Assembly: GCA_963825865.1 (NCBI GenBank)
Contig: CAWGVG010000014.1
Coordinates: forward strand, 64,001-128,000
DNA from: an uncultured Nitrososphaeraceae archaeon
Lineage (GTDB): Archaea > Thermoproteota > Nitrososphaeria > Nitrososphaerales > Nitrososphaeraceae
DNA: 64,000 nucleotides
Direction: 5' to 3'
Part shown: positions 47,149-58,437 of the stretch, piece after piece
Layout: each line of letters begins with the position of its first letter
Position numbering within the stretch: position 1 is the first letter of the stretch
The notes under the pieces: model-generated
Told to the model about the DNA's origin: nothing
What the model saw: only the letters and a program-made list of their open reading frames with translations
The model's database searches: none
Translations under genes and position numbers: made by a program

Positions 47149-48611
47149 ATGGAATACAAATGGATTGCATTAAGCAATACTACAATTGGCACTCTAATGG
47201 CTTCGCTTGATACAAATATTATCATTGTCGCTTTGCCAGTCATTGCATCAGAACTTCATACATCTCTTTTGACTACATTATGGACTGCACTTGGTTATTG
47301 GCTTGTAACTGCTTCTGTTATACTAAATTTTGGCCGTCTAGCAGATATATTTGGAAGAGTGAGGTTATATAATCTAGGTTTTACTATATTTACTGTAGGG
47401 TCTGCTCTATCTAGCATATCCCAGACAGGTGAACAGCTAGTAATGTTTAGAATTATTCAGGCTTTTGGCGCTCCATTTCTTTTTTCGAATAGTGCAGCAA
47501 TTTTAACAGATGTTTTTCCAACAAACGAAAGAGGTAAAGCATTAGGACTTAACCAAGTTGCAATAGTATTGGGTTCAGTATTAGGATTGGTTTTTGGTGG
47601 TTTTTTAACTTCTTATTTGGGATGGCGATCCGTTTTTTGGATAAATATCCCAATAGGCATAGTTGGTTACAGTCTGGTCTTATGCAAAATTAAAGGAATT
47701 AGGAACCATCAGCAAAGGGGAGAAAATTGACTGGATTGGAAATATCACGTTTGCAGCAGGATTATTTATCTTATTAACAGGGATCACATTTACATCATCC
47801 GGAATTATTAGTTCAAGTTCAATACAGTTTTACATTGCAATTGTCGGTGGGCTATCTCTATTAGTATTATTTGTATTTATTGAAAAATACATCTCAAAGG
47901 ACTATCCTATGTTTCATCTTTCTCTATTTAAAATAAGAGCATTTGTCGGAGGCAATATCGCAACTCTTCTCAATTCTATAGCAAGAGGAGATTTTACCTT
48001 GATTATGGCTTTTTATTTACAAGGCCCATCTATGAAATTAAGTCCTCTTGAAGCAGGCATCTACCTAATACCCGTATCTGGCGCACTAGCAATATGCGGT
48101 CCTGTAAGTGGTTGGTTATCTGATAGATATGGATCTAGAGTCATATCGTCTATAGGCTTGATTTTGTCAGCTATAGGCTTTCTAATGCTTATGAATCTAG
48201 GAGCAACAGCTTCCTTTATTGATCTTCTGTCTCCACTTTTACTCATTGGAGCAGGAATGGGAGTATTTGCTTCACCTAACAGAGCTTCAATAATGAATTC
48301 TGTAAAATCATTTAGAAGAGGAGTAGCAGCTGGTCCTGGTACCTACTCTAATATTAATCGGGAGAACATTAAGCTTAGGTATAGCTTTCCTAATAATGGC
48401 AGGCATAATGCCTATCCAACAGATAAAAACCATAATTTTGGGAGATACTTCTGCTATCTTAACAACAACGGCGACAACAAATACGGCTACACAATTAATG
48501 ATAGGTAAATTTCTGATATCTATGCATATTATATTTTTAATTTCTGCAATATTTATGCTTGCTGCAATAATTCCTGTTATGATTAAGAACAAAATTGTTA
48601 TTGCTAATTAA
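47149..48611 (+). CDS. MFS transporter, DHA2/EmrB-QacA type; frameshifts near 47667 and 48343
   Basis: MASLDTNII, FGRLADIFGRVR, ERGKALG, WRSVFWINIPIG and GWLSDRYG. Confidence 0.9.
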
Positions 48612-48669
48612 CTAGACCTTTTAGTATACTTAATAGCTGGGTATTTGTAAATAAAGGATGATTGCTATT

Positions 48670-49023
48670 ATGAGTACCTACCACCACAACTATCATTACC
48701 ACCCAAAAAACAAATGATGCTCTTACCAAGTTAGACTTGGAAAGCTATAACTCCTGTAAAATATGGCTTGAAGGATATAATTCTCCAGCTACAAAGAATG
48801 CGTATAAGGTTCACCTTTCATTATTATGCAAATATCACAAGATTGACCCTGATACTTTAATTCAATTAAAACCAGAACAAATAAGGAATATGGTTCTTAA
48901 CTACATTATACACCTTAAAAAGAATGCAAAACAATCGGTCAGTAAGGCAAAGCGCGGCGAAATATCTGTAAACTCTGTTAAAGATTATTTATCTGGTATA
49001 CAATCTTTCCTTGACTTTAATGA
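48670..49023 (+). pseudogene. N-terminal (core-binding) fragment of a tyrosine integrase
   Basis: NSPATKNAYKVHL..DPDTLIQL..ISVNSVKDYLSGIQSFLDFNE; the catalytic domain is absent. Confidence 0.7.
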
Positions 49024-49720
49024 AAAAGTCAAAAGGAATCGCTGTTATTGCCGGTGAAGTATGGCACAGGGAAAATAAAAAAACCATTACCTGACAATCA
49101 TAGATGCAGATAAAATTGATGCAATAAATGAGATCTGTAATCGAAATGGAAAAACGATTTCTTTACCGGAAATGGCTCAAAAAACTGTTATAGAACAGCA
49201 CCAAGACTGTCTGGATAAAGTTTACATTTACGTTTATTCTCCTATACCTTTTGTTCAGAAAGGTCCTGATTTGAAACTAGGACTTGAAGTTAAAGGACTT
49301 GGTCATCATGGTATTGTGTTCTGCACTCCATCAATACACAAGAATGGTTCCCCCTATCAAATCATGGGTATTAGTGCACCAGCGACTTTAAATATACAGC
49401 AAGCAACGGAATTAATGCAGCATTTAGATCAAATCTGTATTAAATACGGAGTTGAATATCTTGAAAGGACTAAGGGAATCGACAGCAGACTTAAGGGTAT
49501 GGTCAAGAATTTTGTCATTGATCCTAATGTAAGAATTGCACGAAGTACCCGACATATAACACTTATTTCAGTAGCAAATTCTTTGCTCTTTAACCATTTG
49601 GGGAAAAGAAAGAAAACGGAGGAACATCTTATTTTTTTATGGATATTAATAGTGCATTCTGTGATCCAGAACCGTTGCCAGAAAAAGAAATCATTAGTAT
49701 CTGGAATAGTGCTTTAGTTT
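49024..49720 (+). pseudogene. Bifunctional primase-polymerase (prim-pol/PriCT-like) fragment
   Basis: KGIAVIAGEVWH, LTIIDAD, GLEVKG..IVFCTPSIHKNGSPY, RHITL and FCDPEPLPEKEIISIWNSA. Confidence 0.7.
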
Positions 49721-49846
49721 GACGAATTTGCACTGTTGAGGATACATGTATCACTATTAAAAGCGTTAATCGTTTTTATATTATATGAAATTGTAATATC
49801 TCTTATCGTTATTATCCCTATGTTCAATTATATACATATAATTATG

Positions 49847-50089
49847 TCAGGTTATTTGATTTCTTTTATTTCTTATTAATTCAACTAAGGTTGTTAAGGG
49901 TTCTATCCCTTTTTGTTTTAATTTCTCTTTTAATTTAGATACGTCGCGATCATGTTCAATTACCTGTTGTTTTTTTATTGCAATAAACTCTCCATCAAAT
50001 TTATCGATTAGATCATTATAATTAGTATGAAGCCATTTGACATCTTCATCGAATTCTTTTAATCGCTCTGCATACAGAACAGTATCCAT
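49847..50089 (-). CDS. DUF5678-like small protein
   Basis: WLHTNYNDLIDKFDGEFIAIKKQQVIEHDRD..LKEKL..GI. Confidence 0.7.
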   Translation of the reverse strand: MDTVLYAERLKEFDEDVKWLHTNYNDLIDKFDGEFIAIKKQQVIEHDRDVSKLKEKLKQKGIEPLTTLVELIRNKRNQIT

Positions 50090-50339
50090 ATCATAATACG
50101 ATGTGCTGAATCGTATTTATGTCTATTTTGTTCCATTTTTATTAGCTTTGGCATTTTGAATCAGTGTAGTCCACTTGTTTTATGACACAATCTTAATCCC
50201 ACGCATCTTAACAGCTGTCTTTCCATCCAACCTTGATGAGGCTGTATATTAATAATGAGACACTACGTTGGTTTATAATTGAATTTGATAACGTAAAGGA
50301 TATAATGATCAAAAGTTGATCAATATTGTATAGTTTTAA

Positions 50340-51164
50340 TTGACTGAAGAAAAGGCAATAGAAATAAGGAGAATAAATAAGGACAAGAGACTTAACATCA
50401 AAGGCGGAATAGTTTTAGATGGATTTCCTAGTACTGGTCTTGTTAATGCGATTGCCTCAGAATGTATTATACATTCGATAGGTACAGAACTTGTCGCGGT
50501 TTTAGATTCACAGTACTTTCCTCCTGTATCGATAATAAGCAACTATATACCGCAATATCCAGCTAGGATATATGTAAACGAAGGATTAAAAGTTTCATTC
50601 TTTCTTTCTGAGCTTAATATTGATAGGTCGATACAAAAAGCTGTAGCAAATACGATTTTAGAATGGGCAATAGAGAATGAATGTAGATTGATTATTAGCG
50701 CTGAAGGTATAGTATCATCATCAGATTTTCATCATGATGGTGAAAGTAGTACAAATAGTGGTGGTGGCGATGATAAATATTATAATAGTGCGGAAAGCAC
50801 AAAAGATAGCAAACATATCAGCAAACCAGAAGTCTTTGCAGTTTCCAGTACACCTTCAGCAGCTAAAATAATAAAACAACATGCAAGTCATTTTACACAT
50901 TTACGAAGCGGTAGCATCACTGGAATTCCAGCCATTTTGCTAAATGAAGGAACTTTGAGAAATTTAGATGTAATTGTATTTTTGGTTAATACACTAAAAG
51001 ATACTCCAGATTTTCGTGCTGCGAGCTATAGTTTCAGAAGCAATAAGCAGACTTGTTCCAAATCTTTCTTGTGATATAGGATCTTTACTTATAGAAGCTG
51101 AATTAGTTGGGAACAAAATAAAAAACGTTAGAGATAATCAAGCAAGATTTTCTTATATCGCATA
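50340..51164 (+). CDS. PAC2-family proteasome assembly chaperone; frameshift near 51022
   Basis: DGFPSTGLVNAIAS, FPPVSII, PARIY, GSITGIPAILL and PDFRAA. Confidence 0.88.
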
Positions 51165-51630
51165 AACAGATATAGCATTACGTCTGCCATACATTGTTGT
51201 CAGCAATAATTTATCATTAAATCCGCCATTTTCAGTATAAGAAAACTCTCATATTGCAACAAACATCCCGCTGACGTTGTTGTAATATGCTATAATATGC
51301 TATGCATATTACTAGAGTTGATAACAAATGGGAGTACGATTTAATATCTAAGGAAATTGGAAATAATGACCTACAAGCAATAGAAAAAATAACAAAAGAA
51401 ATAGCAAAAAGATACAGATTGCTATATCGCAAAAATTAGAGAATACAAAAACAACTAAATTGTAAATCTATACTAGTTTAAAAGAGTTAAAGAATGCTCC
51501 GGTTGACTTGAAGATTAATTGGGTTCTATGACAAAGAATAACTTGTAACAGATTGTTTTTATATCGAAAAGTGATGATCTCATATTCTAGTATGCCCGAA
51601 GTACATACGGGAAAATAAAGATATTCTATC

Positions 51631-52759
51631 ATGTCTAGTGAATTACCGGGGAAATCAGATGAACATTCATGGAAGATGTTTAGAGGAAATGTAATGCGAA
51701 CAGGAGTATCGGCATCTCATTTATCTCGCAAACCTGCTTTTCTATGGGCAATTGAAGTGGGACCTATGGTGTCGTCTCCTGTTTTTGGAAATGGCATAAT
51801 TTATACATCAAGTATTACTGGAAGAATTTCTGCCTTAAACACGTTTCAAAGACAAATAAAATGGCATTTAAATTTAGGAAGTTCTTTAGTTTCATCGCCG
51901 TTACTTTATGAAGATATATTAATATGCGCAACCTATAATTCATGGACTAAAGAGACCGATTTTACGGGAAAAAATTTCGTGTTTGCAATAGATATCAAAA
52001 ATGGCCAGCATATATGGAGTTTTGATATTAATGGTGACATATTCTCTTCTCCGTGTCTAGTAAATGATGATATAGTGATTGTTGGCTCCATGAATAAGGG
52101 TATCTATGCAATAGACATTAAAGGAAATCTTCGATGGATGTTTGAAACTGGTGCCGCGGTTTGGTCTTCTCCTTCCTATAATGGAAATACAATTTTTATA
52201 GGCTCCGATGATGGTTTTGTTTATTGCTTAGATGCAGACGGTGATTTGCAATGGAAAACAAAATTAAATGGTAAGATTAGATCATCGTCACCCTGTATAT
52301 CGCCAGAAGAAGATGGTTCGATATTCATAGGAACCCATAATGGTGGAATGTATTGTTTGAATCAATTGACTGGCATTATAAAATGGAATAAAGAAATTTC
52401 CAAGCCTGTTCTGTCTTCACCTGCGATTTTAAAAGATATGGTATTTTTTGCTCGCATCAGATAATAGAGTTTACTGTCTCCATTCTACAAATGGTTCAAA
52501 GATATGGGATTTTGAAACAGGCAGTAAGATCTGGTCCTCGCCTAGTATTGTAGAAAATAATAGAGTCTTATTTTTTGGCTCATTGGATTCGCATGTCTAT
52601 GGACTTGATTTTAAGACTGGTTCCCAGGTTTGGAAATTTCCGACAATGAATATGATAGATTCTTCTGTCTGCATTGCTAGTAGTATGTTATTTATTGGAT
52701 CAAGGGACGGTTTACTCTATGCATTTGGATCAAAAGGAGTGCCTCAATATATAAGATGA
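51631..52759 (+). CDS. PQQ-binding-like (BamB-type) beta-propeller; frameshift near 52453
   Basis: WKMFRGNVMRTG, and repeated SSP....IFIGSxDG.VY..D..G...W blades. Confidence 0.9.
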
Positions 52760-52770
52760 AATCCCTTTAG

Positions 52771-53010
52771 GAATGTTGATAAACGTCATTCTGTCGAGAG
52801 AAGTTCGCAGCTTGTGCAGTGCAATTAGCCAAGAGGCTACATGACATGATTTTTGAGGTTCTCTCTTGCGGTCTATCATCACTAGTATATTCACAAAGGT
52901 GATTTCTTTGCTGTATGTTTATGGGAAGGTTAGCGCGTCAAATTTGATCGCATACCCTTGGAACCTAATCAATCTCGGCACCTGATTAGAAGTCTTCGCT
53001 TCGAGTTCGT
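52771..53010. ncRNA. Candidate structured non-coding RNA
   Basis: Relatively GC-rich intergenic tract with at least five stems; no ORF; no known family recognised. Confidence 0.3.
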
Positions 53011-53142
53011 AATTTATTAGTTGGTATTAATAATTCAGAAAAGGAATTTCGTAATGATTTATTTTCATGATTCGCCTGTTAATAAAACACAGGGCTGAAT
53101 AAAGAAAGAATGATTTAAGCGATAATAATACACAAATACCGT

Positions 53143-53953
53143 TTGAAAAGGAAACAATTTGACGGAAAAAATGTATTAATAACCGGAGCATCTTCTGGAA
53201 TTGGAAAGCACACTGCCATTGAATTCGTAAATAGTGGTGTCAGTACCAATAATACTTGTAGCACGTTCTGGGTCAAAATTAATTGAGCTCGAAAAAATAT
53301 TTAATAAAACATGCTCGTCCAAAGTCGTAGTATATCCATGCGACGTATCTAACAAAACAGCTGTTATAAAGATGGGTAAAAACATACTTGAAAGATTTGG
53401 TTATATCGATGTGTTGGTAAATAATGCAGGTTTTGGCCTATATGGAGAGGTGAAGAGCCAGAGTATAGAAGAAATCGAATCGATTACATATACAAATTAC
53501 CTAGGGACTGTTTATTGCACGAAAGTGTTTCTAGATTCTATGCTTTCCAGAAAGTCAGGACATATAGTAAATGTTGCATCGGTAGCAGCAAGTTTTGGAG
53601 TTGCGGGCTTAGCGGCTTATTGTGGTTCAAAATATGCCATATTAGGGTTTTCGGAATCGTTGTACCATGAATTACATCGATCAGGCGTAGGTATTACAGT
53701 TGTAAGCCCAATTGCTGTTAAGACAAATTTTTTCAATAACAAATCATTTAATGGTCATATGCCAAACTACACTGGGTTCTCGCTTGATCCAAAAACAGTA
53801 TCAAAAGCTATTCTTGCAGCTGCAAATTCTCGTCGTCTTGAAATCATAGTACCATTTTTTGTAAGAGCAGGTGTTTGGTTTAAGCATACTCTGCCGTATA
53901 TTGTTAGTCCAATAGTGGGTGCTCATTTTAGAAAACAACTCAAAAGAACCTAA
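53143..53953 (+). CDS. Short-chain dehydrogenase/reductase; frameshift near 53246
   Basis: VLITGASSGIG (upstream frame), VNNAGFG, NVASVA and YCGSK. Confidence 0.92.
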
Positions 53954-54062
53954 CTTGATTTAAAATCTGTGAAAATAACGCATAAAAAGATTATAACGGT
54001 TACTTTAATAGCAAATAAGAAAGATCCTTGAGCCTAGTTATGCAATTACATCAATATTATTT

Positions 54063-54230
54063 AATGTCCTAGGATCTCCCAATTCTCTGCAAGCAATATA
54101 TGCTTGCTACTGTAGATAACACCGCTAATATGGTCCTTCCATGGACCAATCCCCCTCTGTTTGGTGCATGGGAGAGTGAAAGTGTTTGCATCAACATTAC
54201 ATGGACATTGTAATACGGTCAATGGTATTA
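54063..54230. ncRNA. Candidate structured RNA/regulatory element
   Basis: Nested stems AATGTCC/GGACATT, TCTCCCA/TGGGAGA, GCAAGCA/TGCTTGC and TGGTCC/GGACCA. Confidence 0.25.
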
Positions 54231-54843
54231 CTACCTATAATGTTGAATTTTTTTCATGTAGTCAGGTCCTTTTAATTATAGAAGTACTTTGTTTTGAAAT
54301 ACGAAGTGTTTATTTATAGTTAAGTTTCATACTCGAAGATATGATGAAGAAGAATAAACCTTTGGCTCTTGCTATATTATTGTAGTTGTAGTTGTCATTG
54401 CCTATGTCTTCACTACTATTACTACCAAGATGGCTCAATTGCCCTTCGAATATACCTACTCCTAGGAATATCACCACGCTTATTGTCGATTGTATATATA
54501 ATTGATTTAGATAAGATTTTGCTAATACAAAGAACAGAGTGGAATATGCCTTAATTTGCAATGGTCAAGGAAAAGACAACATAATGTGTATTGCTAGCGT
54601 ATTTATTTAGATAATGAATAAAATAAGTAGAATTTTATTATATTCATTTGGCAATAATAAACGATACTATTATTAGGTAAGTGCATAACTTCTCCTCGTT
54701 TTATCTCCTCAACAATTATGTTAAATGCGTCAGCATTAAATTACACTAAATAAGTCAGGACTCGATTATACTAAATAAATCAGTATTAACTTCCTCAAGT
54801 CAAATATATAGATGATATCATAATCTTTGATGACGAAATCTAG

Positions 54844-55230
54844 ATGAACAACACAAGAAATCTAACAATAGCTGCTATATTAATAGCAGCAACATTAGTA
54901 GTAGGAGTAACGTTCGCAGCAACAACACAATCAGCATTTGCAGCGAGGAAAGGAGACAGAAATGAGAATGGTAATACAATTACCGAACAGAAATGCAAAC
55001 AATACGGCATAGTGAGTGGATTTGATAACACAGCAGAACAAGAATGTCAAAACGTGATATGTACTCACCCAACGAGCGATGGATCATGTGTAAGTGAGGG
55101 CAGCGCTACACCAAAAGTAAAACCAACACCACCAAAAGATGACGGCGACGAAGACAAAGATCAACAACACGACGACCAAAATCCACATAACGACGACCAA
55201 AAGAAAGACGACATGAGCAAATACTGGTAG
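54844..55230 (+). CDS. Small secreted four-Cys protein with an acidic tail
   Basis: Signal peptide ending SAFA; QKCKQYGIVSGFDNTAEQECQNVICTHP..CVSEG; T-rich terminator follows. Confidence 0.75.
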   Translation: MNNTRNLTIAAILIAATLVVGVTFAATTQSAFAARKGDRNENGNTITEQKCKQYGIVSGFDNTAEQECQNVICTHPTSDGSCVSEGSATPKVKPTPPKDDGDEDKDQQHDDQNPHNDDQKKDDMSKYW

Positions 55231-55582
55231 TCCTTTACTGCTACCACAACCTTTTTTTCTTTTTTGTTTCTCAACAACAACAAGTACTACTAATAATACA
55301 AGCAACACAATATACTAGAGTTCACAAATTCAGACACAATTATTACAAAGACTATATTGCAATAATGAAGAATAAACCGACACTTGGCCGAGTATGTACC
55401 ATCCACAATAGAATAGATTTGACTTTTCATACGCGTGTTAAAAAATCTAAATAGTACATCTATTAGAGTAATGATCTTCATTATGCCACGGAATTTCAAA
55501 TTATAGATAGTTTATATGCTTCTCTTAGTCTATCTTGTTCAATAACTCTTCTAATCATTACATTTGAAAAGGAGCAAACTAG

Positions 55583-55897
55583 ATGGCTTTAAATGCAAAG
55601 CTGTTCTGTATCACTACAACAATAATGAGTCAGAATACCAATTATTCCAATGAAAAGAGGCAACAGCAACAACAGCAAGGATCAAGTCAATGGGCTGAAG
55701 TAATAGGACAAGTTTTTGATAAGATAACAGGCAAGAATATGTCAATGACTTATAACTTTGACAATCTGGTAATTGATATCCCTAGAGCGGAGGGTCCTGG
55801 TGGTCAAAGCATAGATAGCGCAAAATGGACAATTAATGGCAGGTTAATAATCACAACCGAAGCGCATAAAATAGGTAATGATGGTAACGGCAGCTAA
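55583..55897 (+). CDS. Hypothetical protein
   Basis: WAEVIGQVFDKITGKNMSMTYNFDNL..AKWTINGRL; overlaps the next gene. Confidence 0.7.
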   Translation: MALNAKLFCITTTIMSQNTNYSNEKRQQQQQQGSSQWAEVIGQVFDKITGKNMSMTYNFDNLVIDIPRAEGPGGQSIDSAKWTINGRLIITTEAHKIGNDGNGS

Positions 55898-56318
55898 AGA
55901 TATGCTAGGAGACGATCACCTTCATATTGAAAAGGACGATCCAATAGCAGATTGGCTAGCTGGGTCTATGAGAGCTGCAATATCGGGTACAATCAAGATT
56001 CACATTGAAGATCAACCGGCAGTACAAATTGATGTTCATAAGGATATGATTAGCGTTAATCTTTTAGAGCCAGCAGTTTTCAAAATTCATGAGGATGAAA
56101 CAGGATTGTTTGATAAATTAAACACCGCAAAAGAATTTGCTCAGAAACTCAGTGAAAATGGATTAACTCTATCATTTCTTAGAAAAGGTAAAAAAGCTAT
56201 TATTTTGGGGAAAGAAGCCAAGCCGACGCTTTCAAAATTAATAACAAGAAGTGATGATATACAAATAAATAGCACAAAAGAATCTGCTAAACTTAAAACT
56301 GATTTAAAGGCTGATTGA
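55878..56318 (+). CDS. Hypothetical protein
   Basis: Coupled ORF with normal globular composition. Confidence 0.7.
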   Translation: MMVTAAKDMLGDDHLHIEKDDPIADWLAGSMRAAISGTIKIHIEDQPAVQIDVHKDMISVNLLEPAVFKIHEDETGLFDKLNTAKEFAQKLSENGLTLSFLRKGKKAIILGKEAKPTLSKLITRSDDIQINSTKESAKLKTDLKAD

Positions 56319-56793
56319 ACATAATACATACATCACAAAGATAAGCCCATTGACCATCCAATGAAAAATTACATAATCATGGAAAGTTACATCAAAATGA
56401 TTTTATATTTTTAAATAGTTGATATTTTTGTTGGCACAGTTACATTTCACAACAGTGAGGTAAATCGTAACGTCCTATGTCACGTAAAGAATAAACTACA
56501 GGGACGGTCAAAAATTACTTCGAAGTCAAAGCCTTAGAGTAAATAACGATTTGACGCCACAACACTTTGAGAAATCTGAATTTGTTATTTTATACGCACT
56601 TCTCTTGCTAACTTCTTATTATGTTAAATAACTGTTGCTAGACAGTTTATCTGAGATAGAAAAAACGACAGGTGGGTGGTGGATTGACAAGAGTAACAAT
56701 TCAACCAAGATATGACTTTAGACAGTATAATGGTAAATGTCTTCCTAAATTTTAATAATATTCTAATTGTACGATATGTCTAACATCATATAT

Positions 56794-57672
56794 ATGGACA
56801 CTAAAGTGGGATTTCATGTTTCAATTGCTGGTGGAATTTCAAATTCTGTAGATAATGCCTTAAAAATTGGTTGTAAAGCTTTTCAAATATTCAGTAGAAA
56901 TCCAAGGAGCTGGGCTGCTAAGTCACTTGAAGTAGAAGATGTAAAGAATTTTCAAATAAAATTGGTCAATAGCAAAATTCGTAGAAAGTCGGTATTTGTC
57001 CATATGCCATACCTGCCTAATTTATCAGCTCCTGATAGCATATTATACGAGAAATCAGTTAATCTTCTCAGAGACGAAATACAGAGATGCAGCAGGCTGG
57101 ATATCCCTTATCTTGTATTGCATCTGGGCAGTAATCTTGGAAAAGGATCAGATAATGGAATTAGTCAACTGGTTAAAGCCTGTAATTTTGCTTTTGACAA
57201 CTATTACAAATCATCTGAGGATCAAAGAGGTAGCAACTCAGTTACAATATTGCTTGAAAATAGTGCAGGCCAGAAAAATAGCATAGGCAGTAAGTTTGAA
57301 GAGATTGGAGTAATACTTGATAAATTAAACTCCTCTAAAAAATTCGGCATTTGCCTTGACACATGCCATGCATTTGCTGCAGGTTATGATTTACGAACAG
57401 AATATGGTGTAAATACAACTATAGATCAGTTTCACAATATAATAGGATTAAAGGAATTAAAAATGGTGCATCTAAATGATTCTAAAGGTAAAATAAACTC
57501 CCATCGTGATCGGCATGAACATATTGGACTTGGAGAAATGGGAGAGAAAGGATTCAGGGCACTATTTAAGCACGCGACTATCAGGAAGTTACCATTGATA
57601 ATGGAAACTCCTAACGATGAAAGAAGACATGACTCTGATAATTTGAAAGCTCTTTTAGAGCTTATTGCATAG
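56794..57672 (+). CDS. nfo: Endonuclease IV (deoxyribonuclease IV)
   Basis: GFHVSIAGG, FQIFSRNPR, VHMPYLPNL, LLENSAGQ, CLDTCH, HLNDSK, DRHEHIG and IMETP. Confidence 0.95.
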   Translation: MDTKVGFHVSIAGGISNSVDNALKIGCKAFQIFSRNPRSWAAKSLEVEDVKNFQIKLVNSKIRRKSVFVHMPYLPNLSAPDSILYEKSVNLLRDEIQRCSRLDIPYLVLHLGSNLGKGSDNGISQLVKACNFAFDNYYKSSEDQRGSNSVTILLENSAGQKNSIGSKFEEIGVILDKLNSSKKFGICLDTCHAFAAGYDLRTEYGVNTTIDQFHNIIGLKELKMVHLNDSKGKINSHRDRHEHIGLGEMGEKGFRALFKHATIRKLPLIMETPNDERRHDSDNLKALLELIA

Positions 57673-57758
57673 CAGTAACAGAACAAGCATAAGATAGATT
57701 CATTTGGGTAAATTATTCTTAATTATCACTCGTTAGCTTTCCAGTTAAAGTATGCGAT

Positions 57759-57860
57759 TCAAAAAGCATTATACAAGCCCATGGAGGTAGAATATGGGTT
57801 AAAACCAACGCTGAAGGCACAGGAGTTACGTTTGCATTTAGTATGCCATTAAATCAATGA
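57759..57860 (+). pseudogene. Orphan HATPase C-terminal fragment of a histidine kinase
   Basis: SKSIIQAHGGRIWVKTNAEGTGVTFAFSMPLNQ*. Confidence 0.75.
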
Positions 57861-58437
57861 TAACTAAATTAATTAGAAAGAAGATGTGGTAGAAGCCTTG
57901 AATTTAAACAATTGCATCAACAAGATGATAGTATTATTGAGGTTGCAGTATTATTTGATTCACGATAATTCAATAACTAATACCTTATAATGGTATTGGA
58001 ATTTAAAAAAGAGATGTGACGAAATTTATTTGTGAAATTCACAGATAATGGAAATTTAAGGCAGTAGTATTCAGTTGAGGTAGATGATAAATTGGCAAAA
58101 GAAGACATTAGCAGAATTCATTCTATTTCACTCCACGTCATCTATTACGTTGCAATTTCTCCTTTACCTTTGTGTTGTTGTCGACAACTGTAATATTATC
58201 TTGTAAGATGGTTCATATGTATGTAATTTTAACTAACCACGACAAAGAAACCTGAATGCAATGGTGCCATGAGCTTTTTCAATATTATACTTGCAACAAA
58301 CACCTAACCTTTACTACTACTACTATCAAAGACCTACCTTTTGCCAGTTAGATGATATAGATCAAGTATTCGCAGAAAAATATTAATCAAATATAGAGAA
58401 GGTCTAGTAATCGAACTGCAAAATTATTATAAAATAC

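Noticed and set aside
51302-51439. 45-aa ORF MHITRVDNKWEYDL...
   Set aside because: Plausible, but no motif or other support
52950-52995. TPP riboswitch (ATACCCTTGGAACCT resembles the J2/4-P4 region)
   Set aside because: The conserved UGAGA and the downstream GCGNAGGGA elements are missing
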